32,000 nt of DNA from Syntrophorhabdaceae bacterium (GTDB lineage: Bacteria; Desulfobacterota; Syntrophorhabdia; Syntrophorhabdales; Syntrophorhabdaceae), in contig CAXXUO010000009.1 of the NCBI GenBank assembly GCA_963666485.2, positions 131,385 to 163,384 of the forward strand, given 5' to 3'. The translations under genes and the position numbers were made by a program. Position 1 is the stretch's first letter. Every line of letters starts with the position of its first letter. The notes beneath the pieces were generated by a model. The model was not told where the DNA came from. It ran no database searches and was given only the letters and a program-made list of their open reading frames with translations. Positions 8,190-16,835 of this stretch are shown one piece after another.

Positions 8190-8259
8190 TTCTGCTATTA
8201 AATTACATCAAAATGGCTGACAAGTCCAAGATTCTCTGACACATCGCCGAAAGAGCCTT

Positions 8260-8697
8260 TCAGCCGCCGGAAAGCATCATGAAGCGCGGGCATTCCTGGA
8301 GCTCCGCTTCCTTATGGCCTTTTTCTTCCTTGTAACACAAGATATCGACCAGGTTATTGTAGCTCTTCACGTGCCAGCCGTCGATCAGCCTCATGACCGT
8401 CGGGTCGCCCCAATCCCAGGTCTTTGCCTCCGTAATCTCGCATACCCTCGATCTCCTGTTCTCGAGGTTCAGCACCCTGAGCACCAGTTTCGGCGCGCCG
8501 TTCGACCCGGCCTTGCCGGCCCAGGGGTCCAGGTACTCGTTCACCGCCTTGAAGTACTGTGAGATGCGGTCATTCTGTTTTTCGGAATGGTCCTGCAGGA
8601 CAATGTGGCGGTGCCGCCCCCTGTACACGCCGCATTCCGTGCACCTCTCATGTGTAAAGGGACATGTTGCGAGACATGCTTTCGATTCTTCTGCCAT
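8260..8697 (-). CDS. Hypothetical 145-aa protein: N-terminal four-Cys cluster and C-terminal Gly-Gly (candidate ubiquitin-like sulfur carrier)
   Basis: GAAGGAG lies 7 nt upstream of ATG 8697. Four-Cys cluster C8-x3-C12-x6-C19-x2-C22. The protein ends ...ECPRFMMLSGG-stop. I recognise no family. It sits between the E1-like gene and thiE. Confidence 0.7.
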   Translation of the reverse strand: MAEESKACLATCPFTHERCTECGVYRGRHRHIVLQDHSEKQNDRISQYFKAVNEYLDPWAGKAGSNGAPKLVLRVLNLENRRSRVCEITEAKTWDWGDPTVMRLIDGWHVKSYNNLVDILCYKEEKGHKEAELQECPRFMMLSGG

Positions 8698-8739
8698 ACG
8701 TCTACTCCTTCGAAAGTTTTTTATCTTTTATATTCATAT

Positions 8740-9909
8740 TCAGTGGCATACGCCTCCTGGCAATCCGCCTTCCTTCAATTCCCTGATAGTCGGGTTCGTG
8801 CCGCACAACGGGCATTCGGGGTTCCTCGTGACCTCGATCGTCTTATGGAATGCCTCCAACGCGTTGTAAACATAGAATTTTCCGATCATCGGCTTGCCGA
8901 GGCCTGCCGCGACCTTCAGTGCTTCAACCGCCTGTATCAGGCCTATTTGACCCGGGACGACCCCCAGGACGCCTGCGTCGCTTCAGGTAGGGACGAGGTG
9001 CTCCGGCGGCGGCTCCGGGAACATGCACCGCAAGCACGGCCCGCCCGATGCCGGGTGAAAAACGCCGGCCTGTCCGTCAAACGCGACGGCGCCCCCGAAA
9101 ATGTAGGGCTTGCCTGTAAAAAAACAGGCGTCGTTAAGGAGGAATTTCGTATTGATGCTGTCCGTCCCGTCAATGACGATATCGAACCCTTCGATAATCC
9201 GATATACGTTTCCCGCATCGACCCGCTCATTGAACAGGACGGTCTTTATATGGGGATTGAGCCGCCTTATGCCTTCTTCGGCGGATTCTGTCTTCAACCT
9301 TCCCACGTTTTCCGACAAATGGAGGACCTGGCGGTTAAGGTTCGAGATCTCCACCCGGTCAAAATCGGCTATGCCTATCGTTCCCACCCCGCATGCTGCG
9401 AGATAGAGCAGTGCCGGGCACCCGAGCCCGCCGGCCCCGACGACAAGCATCTTCGCGCGGGAGAGCCTGCGCTGCCCGTCCTCGCCCATCCCCTTGAGGA
9501 TGATATGCCTGCTGTAGCGCTCGTATTCATCCTGGCTGAAAAAACCCGCTTCATTGACAACCGGGAAGCCCCTCTGGGCCCACGCCGATATGCCCCCGGT
9601 CAGCGAGTAAAGGTTCCGGTAGCCCATCCTCTCGAGCTTCGACAAAGCTTTCAGCGACCTCACACCAATGGCGCAGTACACGATAATAGGCCTTGCGCGA
9701 TCGTCAGGAAGTTTGCCTTCGCTCCCTTCGATCTCATCGAGAGGAATATGGACCGCGCCTTTCAGGCAGCCGCGCGTCGTCTCCCATTTCTCACGGACGT
9801 CGATAATGACAGGAGGGTCGGATGATTCGGCAAGGCGCCGGGTCTCTTCGGGAGAAATTTCGCCCCTGTTTGCCGGCCCGCCGCTATTCCTCGAATTGCT
9901 GTCTTTCAT
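8740..9909 (-). CDS. Rhodanese-ThiF/MoeB E1-like adenylyltransferase with in-frame UGA (probable selenocysteine) at codon 309
   Basis: - N-terminal rhodanese domain with active-site loop YCAIGVRS.
- ThiF/MoeB Rossmann domain (VVGAGGLGCPALLYLAACGVG...DFDRVEISNLNRQ).
- The TGA at 8985-8983 replaces the conserved loop Cys.
- The frame stays open for 80 more codons (SDAGVLGVVPGQIGLIQAVEALK...NPECPLCG...GVCH) to TGA 8742-8740.
- The two CxxC pairs (CLRC and CPLC) straddle the UGA.
- The ORF track stops at 8983. Confidence 0.8.
8951..8968 (-). promoter_or_regulatory. Candidate bacterial SECIS hairpin
   Basis: The mRNA folds as CCUGGG-GGUCGU-CCCGGG: a 6-bp stem (one G-U pair) with a 6-nt GGU-containing loop. 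The stem starts 17 nt after the U of the UGA at 8985. Confidence 0.5.
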
Positions 9910-9913
9910 AGCT

Positions 9914-10552
9914 TTAACCTCGCTTTGTGTCCGCTTTTGCGCTCAGGCAGAACACCGCCGTTCGTGCCAGAAGGTTCGGAAACAGGGCCGCCGGCCGCCT
10001 TGCCCCCGCGTAGCGAGCGTCTTCGATCCGCACCCTGCGCGCCCGGCAATACCGCACAAAATCATCGATACTCAGGAAATGCAGGTTCGGCGTGTCGTAC
10101 CACTCATGGGGCAGTGCCGGCGTGACGGGCGCCCGGCCCCGGAAAAATATCTGGAACCGTGAGGAGACATGCGCAAAGTTGGGTATACCGACAATGACTT
10201 TCCCGCCCACTCTCAAGGCCTCCTTAAGTACGGTATCCGGATTCTTGACCTGCTGGAACGACTGGTTCAGGATCACGTAGTCGAAGGAGTTGTCGCCATA
10301 TTCGGCCAGGCCCGAGTCTATATCGTCATGGAAGACGCTGAGCCCTTTCACGACGCATTCGAAAATGGCGTGGCTGTCGATCTCAATGCCCTGCCCCCTG
10401 ACACCTTTTCGCCGCACGAGAAGGCCCAATAATTCACCCGTGCCGCACCCCAGGTCGAGGACGGTGGAACCCGGTTTCACCATATCGACGATTAGCCGGT
10501 GGTCGATCCGGCCGCCGCCGTTCAAATTTTCATGCGGCCCGTCTGCCATCAT
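9914..10552 (-). CDS. metW: Methionine biosynthesis protein MetW
   Basis: SAM-methyltransferase-like fold motif [12 protein letters not shown] plus the MetW-specific tail ([42 protein letters not shown]). It overlaps the metX stop by 23 nt. Confidence 0.9.
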   Translation of the reverse strand: MMADGPHENLNGGGRIDHRLIVDMVKPGSTVLDLGCGTGELLGLLVRRKGVRGQGIEIDSHAIFECVVKGLSVFHDDIDSGLAEYGDNSFDYVILNQSFQQVKNPDTVLKEALRVGGKVIVGIPNFAHVSSRFQIFFRGRAPVTPALPHEWYDTPNLHFLSIDDFVRYCRARRVRIEDARYAGARRPAALFPNLLARTAVFCLSAKADTKRG

Positions 10553-11696
10553 AAACCTTCTTCAAGAAATGCGTGTACAAATACGTCTGCTCGTCAAACT
10601 CCACGAGAAACGCGTCGTGCCCGTAATGTGACGTCAATTCGCAGTATGTTGCGTCCGCGCCGGCCATCTTGCAGGCCTTCACGATCTGCTGCGACTGGTA
10701 CGGAGGGTACAGCCAATCGGACGAAAAGGCGATGATAAGGAGCTTGGTTCCTACGCCTTCCAGGAGCTTATGCAAGGGTTTGCCGTTCGCCGCGGCAAAG
10801 CTGTCAACCGCCTTTGTTATATACAGGTATGAGTTCGGATCGAAGCGGTTGATGAAGTTATACCCCCGGTAATGCAGGTACCCTTCCACCTCGAATTCCG
10901 GGCTGAATTTGAACGGCTGTTTTTTGTCCTTCACGCGCCGGCCGAACTTCTCGTTCATCGAATCGTCGCTCATGTACGTGATATGGCCGATCATCCGCGC
11001 GACGCTCAGGCCCTTGTCGGGAAGATCGAGGCCGTAATAATCCCCGTTGTTCCAGTTGGGGTCCGCCATGATCGCCTGCCTTCCCACCTCGTTGAAGGCT
11101 ATCTGCTGGGGAGTGTGCTCCGCGGTCGTCGCGATAAGGATGGCCGATGCCACATTTTCCGGGTACGACACGACCCACTGAAGGGCCTGCATCCCACCCA
11201 TGGACCCGCCTGCCACCCCAAGGAGCCTGTCTATCCCGAGATGGTCGAGAAGCCGCTTCTGGGCGTTGACCATGTCCTTGATGGTGACCACGGGGAATTC
11301 GAGACCGTACGGCCTTCCCGTGAGCGGGTTTTCCGAGGAGGGCCCCGTCGAGCCCCTGCACCCGCCCAGGATATTGCTGCAGATAACGAAATAACGGTCC
11401 GTATCGAAGGCACGGCCCGGACCGATCATATCATCCCACCAGCCGGGATTTGTATCGCCTTCATGATAACCGGCCGCATGTGCATCGCCCGTCAGCGCAT
11501 GGAGGATGAGAATAGCATTCGAGGCTTGTGCATCGAGCCTGCCGTACGTCTCGTATGCGAGAGTGACAGGCCCGATGCTTTCTCCGGATTCCAGTATAAA
11601 CGGCGCAGGAAAGTGACCAAAGGTAAAGGACTGTGCTCTTGCCGGCCCGATACCATCGTGCTGACCTGCTTCAACTTTCTCTGCCCTGAGGTTCAT
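10530..11696 (-). CDS. metX: Homoserine O-acetyltransferase MetX
   Basis: 388 aa alpha/beta hydrolase with [12 protein letters not shown] (nucleophile elbow), [19 protein letters not shown] and a C-terminal HDAFL, all typical of MetX. AGGAG lies 4 nt upstream of the ATG. Confidence 0.92.
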   Translation of the reverse strand: MNLRAEKVEAGQHDGIGPARAQSFTFGHFPAPFILESGESIGPVTLAYETYGRLDAQASNAILILHALTGDAHAAGYHEGDTNPGWWDDMIGPGRAFDTDRYFVICSNILGGCRGSTGPSSENPLTGRPYGLEFPVVTIKDMVNAQKRLLDHLGIDRLLGVAGGSMGGMQALQWVVSYPENVASAILIATTAEHTPQQIAFNEVGRQAIMADPNWNNGDYYGLDLPDKGLSVARMIGHITYMSDDSMNEKFGRRVKDKKQPFKFSPEFEVEGYLHYRGYNFINRFDPNSYLYITKAVDSFAAANGKPLHKLLEGVGTKLLIIAFSSDWLYPPYQSQQIVKACKMAGADATYCELTSHYGHDAFLVEFDEQTYLYTHFLKKVYDGRRAA

Positions 11697-11712
11697 AAGG
11701 CTCCTGTTTTTA

Positions 11713-13032
<1,320 letters not shown>

Positions 13033-13111
13033 TTCGGTCTCCTTTTTTCAGTTTTCTTAAAATCGTAAACGTTTTTCAGGGACTGCCAGGTGAGAGAACC
13101 CGCCCGGGGCT

Positions 13112-13558
13112 CTAAATGTAGTACATCATAGAGTCTTGCTGCCCTTTGAGCTGCTGCATTTCAACAAGGGTAGCAATTGAATAATCGTTGAGGGTGTTCC
13201 GGATAGCGGCGCCCAGCTTGTTCCAGATCTCACGGGTGACGCACACGCCGGATTTGTCACAAACTGCTGTATTCTGCACGCAGTCAACAAGGGTACAGGG
13301 CCCTTCAAGTATGGTGATAATATCGAGGATCGTTATCTGATCGGCCGGCCGGTCGAGGAGGTAGCCCCCTTTTCTGCCGCGCTGCGCCTTCACGATGCCG
13401 CCTTTGTGGAGGGCCGAGAATATGTGCTCGAGGTACTTCTCGGAAACGTTCTGCCTTTTCGCGATATCGGAAAGGAACACGGGGGTGCCGTTCGTACCGT
13501 GCACCGCGAGGTCTATTATCGCCCGCAACCCGTATCTTCCTTTTGTCGATATCTTCAC
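13112..13558 (-). CDS. Rrf2 family transcriptional regulator (IscR/CymR-like, probable Fe-S binding)
   Basis: MKISTKGRYGLRAIIDLAVHG... winged-helix N-terminus. Cys cluster C-x4-C-x6-C-x5-C (GPCTLVDCVQNTAVCDKSGVC). GTG start at 13558 with AGGTGA 4 nt upstream. Confidence 0.9.
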   Translation of the reverse strand: MKISTKGRYGLRAIIDLAVHGTNGTPVFLSDIAKRQNVSEKYLEHIFSALHKGGIVKAQRGRKGGYLLDRPADQITILDIITILEGPCTLVDCVQNTAVCDKSGVCVTREIWNKLGAAIRNTLNDYSIATLVEMQQLKGQQDSMMYYI

Positions 13559-13585
13559 GTAATCACCTACTAAATTAATGGGAAT

Positions 13586-13614
13586 AGTATAGATATCTTG
13601 TTGACATGTGTCAA
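13586..13614 (-). promoter_or_regulatory. Candidate sigma70 promoter for rrf2-metYXW... (minus strand)
   Basis: On the minus strand: TTGACA (13614-13609), a 17-nt spacer, then TATACT (13591-13586). The predicted transcript start is about 20 nt upstream of the rrf2 GTG. Confidence 0.5.
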
Positions 13615-13629
13615 GACGTTTTTTATAAT
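13601..13629 (+). promoter_or_regulatory. Candidate sigma70 promoter for hydE-like-nifU-nifS-cysE-hgcAB (plus strand)
   Basis: Perfect consensus: TTGACA (13601-13606), a 17-nt spacer, then TATAAT (13624-13629). The -35 hexamer is half of the palindrome TTGACAtgTGTCAA (13601-13614), which is shared with the divergent promoter. Confidence 0.6.
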
Positions 13630-13690
13630 CGTGCGGAAAGTTATTATCCTATCTGTTACGTAGGCATTTTATGTATTATATTAACCTGGC

Positions 13691-14752
13691 ATGAAAGTCG
13701 GCAACGATCACAATAGAGAAAAACAGGTCATCGGCAAGGATGAGGTTCTGGGGCTCCTCAAAAGCGAGGGTGACGACATCGGCCTGCTGTACGCCCGCGC
13801 GGACAGGGTCCGCCAGGAGCACATGGGGGACGAGGTGTATGTCCGCGGCATTATCGAATTCTCCAACCTGTGCGCGAATGACTGCCTCTATTGCGGCATA
13901 CGGGCCTCGAATTTCAATGTCAACCGCTATTCAATGAGCATCGACGATATCATGCAGACCGTTGGCTCTTTCGAGCGAATGGGGCAGACGACGGTAGTGC
14001 TGCAGTCCGGGGAGACCCCGGGCTTAAGCGACGAGGATATCGGGAGGCTCATCAGGACGATCAAGTCAGAGACGTCCCTTGCCGTTACGCTCTCCGTCGG
14101 CAATCGTTCACGGGAGGTATACCGGTACTGGAAAGAATGCGGAATGGACAGGTACCTCATCCGTTTCGAGACGACAGACCGGCGGTTGTTCGCCCGCCTG
14201 CACCCGGATTGCTCGTTCGACGAGCGGGTCGCGTGCCTGCATATCCTCAAGGACCTCGGCGTACAGACGGGGAGCGGGTTCATGATCGGCGTCCCGGGCG
14301 AGACCCTCGACGTGCTTGCGGACAACATACTTTTTTGCAGGGAACTCGACCTCGACATGATAGGGATCGGGCCGTACATACCGCATCCCGACACACCTCT
14401 TGCCGATGAACCGAACGCGTACGCGGGCAGTGAAGAGACCTTCTACAAGGCCGTTGCCGTGCTGCGGCTCGCGAACCCCGATGCCCATATCCCGGCGACC
14501 ACCGCGTTTGACGCGGTGTTTCCCGGCGTCGGCAGGAATCTTGCCCTCACGCGCGGGGCCAACATTTTTATGCCGAACAACACGCCGGTCGAGCACAGGA
14601 AGGATTATCTCCTCTACCCGGGGAAGCCGTGCGTCGATGAGAACGCGGACCAGTGCGTTGCCTGCGTCATGATGCGGATCGAGTCGATCGGGCGAAAAAT
14701 AGGGGCGGGGCCGGGACACTCTTTAAAAAGCGCTAATAAAAGGCTACAATAA
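13691..14752 (+). CDS. HydE-like radical SAM protein (HydE/BioB/PylB family)
   Basis: CANDCLYCGIR radical-SAM motif. Long colinear similarity to HydE as I remember it (VYVRGIIEFSN.C...CLYCG.R, VVLQSGE, VTLS.G, DRYL.R.ET, GSG.M.G.PG.T...L..D..F....D.DM.GIGP.IPHP.TPLA). Confidence 0.75.
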   Translation: MKVGNDHNREKQVIGKDEVLGLLKSEGDDIGLLYARADRVRQEHMGDEVYVRGIIEFSNLCANDCLYCGIRASNFNVNRYSMSIDDIMQTVGSFERMGQTTVVLQSGETPGLSDEDIGRLIRTIKSETSLAVTLSVGNRSREVYRYWKECGMDRYLIRFETTDRRLFARLHPDCSFDERVACLHILKDLGVQTGSGFMIGVPGETLDVLADNILFCRELDLDMIGIGPYIPHPDTPLADEPNAYAGSEETFYKAVAVLRLANPDAHIPATTAFDAVFPGVGRNLALTRGANIFMPNNTPVEHRKDYLLYPGKPCVDENADQCVACVMMRIESIGRKIGAGPGHSLKSANKRLQ

Positions 14753-14762
14753 CCTGTATGCA

Positions 14763-14783
14763 TTCAGGCCGGTACGGCCTGAA
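14763..14783 (+). promoter_or_regulatory. Intercistronic stem-loop between hydE-like and nifU
   Basis: ttcaggccg-gta-cggcctgaa: a 9-bp perfect stem with a triloop. No T-run follows, so it is not a canonical terminator. It may be an RNA stability or processing element. Confidence 0.3.
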
Positions 14784-14808
14784 ATTCACAAAGGGAAAGG
14801 AGCACATT

Positions 14809-15645
14809 ATGTGGGAATATACGGACAAGGTAAAAGAGCATTTCCTCAACCCGAAGAATGCCGGGGAGATCGAGAACCCCGATGCCGTGGCTGAAGTGGG
14901 CTCCATCGCCTGCGGGGACGCCTTGAAACTGACCATGAAGCTCGACGAGAACAAAAAGATCGTCGACGCGAAGTTCAAGACCTTTGGATGCGCCAGTGCT
15001 ATCGCGTCCGCGTCCGCGCTGACCGAACTCCTCAAGGGGAAAACGATCGAAGAAGCGGAAAAGATAACCAACCAGGAGATAGCGGATTACCTTGGCGGGC
15101 TCCCCCCTGAAAAGATGCACTGCTCCGTCCTCGGCCAGGAGGCCCTCGAAAAGGCGATCGAGAACTACCGGGGCGTCTCCCATAAGATGCCCGAGGAAGT
15201 GATCGTCTGCGCCTGCTTCGGCGTGACCGACGGCGAGATCGAACGGGCCATCCGGCAGAACCACCTCACCAGCGTCGAAGAGGTGACAAACTATACGAAA
15301 GCCGGCGGCGGGTGTGGGAACTGCCATGAGAAGATACAGGCCATTATCGACCGCGTCTATGAAACGAAAGAAAGACAGGCCGAGCCGGTGGAGCGGCCGA
15401 AGCTCTCGAACCTCCAGAAGATCCGTATGATCGAGGAGACGATCGATCGCGAGATACGCCCGTCGCTCAAGCACGACGGCGGGGACATAGAGCTCGTCGA
15501 CGTGGTCGGCAACAGGGTGCTCGTCGCGATGCGCGGTGCGTGCGCCACGTGCCAGGCGTCCCAGGCGACGATGAAAGGGTTCGTACAGGGGAAGCTCCAG
15601 GAATTTGTTGCACCGGAGCTCGTCGTTGAGGAGGTGGCATCATGA
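14809..15645 (+). CDS. nifU: Fe-S cluster assembly scaffold NifU (IscU-like N-domain, central [2Fe-2S] domain, Nfu C-domain)
   Basis: N-terminal GSIACGDALKL...FGCASAIASAS...MHCSV (IscU Cys triad). Central CACFGV...GGGCGNC. C-terminal DGGDIELV...GACATCQAS. AAGGAG lies 6 nt upstream of ATG 14809. Confidence 0.9.
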   Translation: MWEYTDKVKEHFLNPKNAGEIENPDAVAEVGSIACGDALKLTMKLDENKKIVDAKFKTFGCASAIASASALTELLKGKTIEEAEKITNQEIADYLGGLPPEKMHCSVLGQEALEKAIENYRGVSHKMPEEVIVCACFGVTDGEIERAIRQNHLTSVEEVTNYTKAGGGCGNCHEKIQAIIDRVYETKERQAEPVERPKLSNLQKIRMIEETIDREIRPSLKHDGGDIELVDVVGNRVLVAMRGACATCQASQATMKGFVQGKLQEFVAPELVVEEVAS

Positions 15646-16823
15646 AAACGATCTACCTTGACAATAATGCGACAACGATGGTGGCGCCGGAAGTGGTCGA
15701 GGAGATGCTGCCCTACCTGCACGAGTATTACGGCAACCCCTCGAGCATGCACACGTTCGGCGGGCAGGTCGGCCGCAAGATAACCGAGGCGCGCCAGAAG
15801 ATCGCCTCGCTGATCGGGGCGGAGTTGGACGAGATCATCATCACGAGCTGCGGGACGGAAAGCGACAACACCGCGATAATGTCGGCGCTCGCGAACAACC
15901 CTGCAAAGAACCACATCGTGACGAGCAGGGTCGAGCATCCCGCAGTAAAGGTTTTGTGTGAACATCTCGCCCAGAAAGGGTACCGGGTCACGTTCATACC
16001 GGTCGATGCGGACGGCCGTCTCGACATGAACGAGTACGAGGCAAGCTTAACGCCGGATACCGCGGTCGTGAGCATCATGTGGGCGAACAACGAGACGGGC
16101 GTTATATTCCCCGTTGAAAAGGCAGCCCGCCTCGCCCGCGATAAAGGCATCCTCTTTCATACGGACGCGGTCCAGGCCATCGGGAAAATTCCCGTCAACA
16201 TGAAACAAAACGCGATCGACATGCTCTCGCTTTCCGGCCACAAACTCCATGCACCGAAAGGCGTCGGCGTGCTCTACGTCCGCAAGGGAACGAAGTTCTC
16301 GCCGTATTTGATCGGCGGGCACCAGGAAAAAGGGCGCCGGGGAGGGACGGAGAATGTCCCGAGCATAGTGGCCCTCGGCAAGGCGTGTGAGCTCGCCGCA
16401 GCCAACATGGAAAAGGAGAACACGTATGTCAGGGACCTGCGCGACAGGTTTGAGAAAGGTCTGTGCGCCGCAATACCCAGCTGCAAAATAAACGGAACGA
16501 CGGAAGAGCGCCTTCCCAACACCCTCAATATCAGCTTCGAGTTCATCGAAGGCGAAAGCATCCTGCTTCTCATGGACCAGTTCGGCATCTGTGCGTCATC
16601 CGGGTCGGCCTGCACATCGGGCTCCCTGCAGCCGTCCCACGTCCTGCGGGCGATGGGCGTCCCCTACACGATGGCCCACGGGTCCGTCCGCTTCAGCCTC
16701 AGCGTCTATAACACGGCCGAAGAAGTCGACACCGTCATCAGGGAACTGCCGGCGATAATCGAGAAACTGAGAGTCCTCTCCCCGTACTGGGCCACATCGC
16801 AGGGGGCATGCGCGACCGCCTGA
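15642..16823 (+). CDS. nifS: Cysteine desulfurase NifS
   Basis: IYLDNNATT, the PLP-lysine motif SGHKLHAPKGVG and the active-site loop SSGSACTSG. ATGA overlap with the nifU stop. Confidence 0.92.
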   Translation: MKTIYLDNNATTMVAPEVVEEMLPYLHEYYGNPSSMHTFGGQVGRKITEARQKIASLIGAELDEIIITSCGTESDNTAIMSALANNPAKNHIVTSRVEHPAVKVLCEHLAQKGYRVTFIPVDADGRLDMNEYEASLTPDTAVVSIMWANNETGVIFPVEKAARLARDKGILFHTDAVQAIGKIPVNMKQNAIDMLSLSGHKLHAPKGVGVLYVRKGTKFSPYLIGGHQEKGRRGGTENVPSIVALGKACELAAANMEKENTYVRDLRDRFEKGLCAAIPSCKINGTTEERLPNTLNISFEFIEGESILLLMDQFGICASSGSACTSGSLQPSHVLRAMGVPYTMAHGSVRFSLSVYNTAEEVDTVIRELPAIIEKLRVLSPYWATSQGACATA

Positions 16824-16835
16824 AAGGATAACCGG

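Noticed and set aside
8190-8259. Searched for a TPP (THI-box) riboswitch upstream of thiE, and also upstream of the 145-aa gene (8698-8739)
   Set aside because: The gaps are only 70 and 42 nt. Neither contains the conserved CUGAGA...ACCUGAUCUGGAUAAUGCCAGCG core on the minus strand. A weak TTGTCA/TAATAG promoter-like pair is present, but it is not convincing.
8587-9825. 412-aa ORF on the plus strand, antisense to the E1-like gene. Other long antisense ORFs are similar, e.g. 5567..6409, 4604..5455, 10872..11750, 14764..15474, 24337..25095.
   Set aside because: These are shadow ORFs typical of GC-rich coding regions. They are Arg/Pro/Ala-rich, have no recognisable domains, and lie fully inside genes with strong homology on the other strand.
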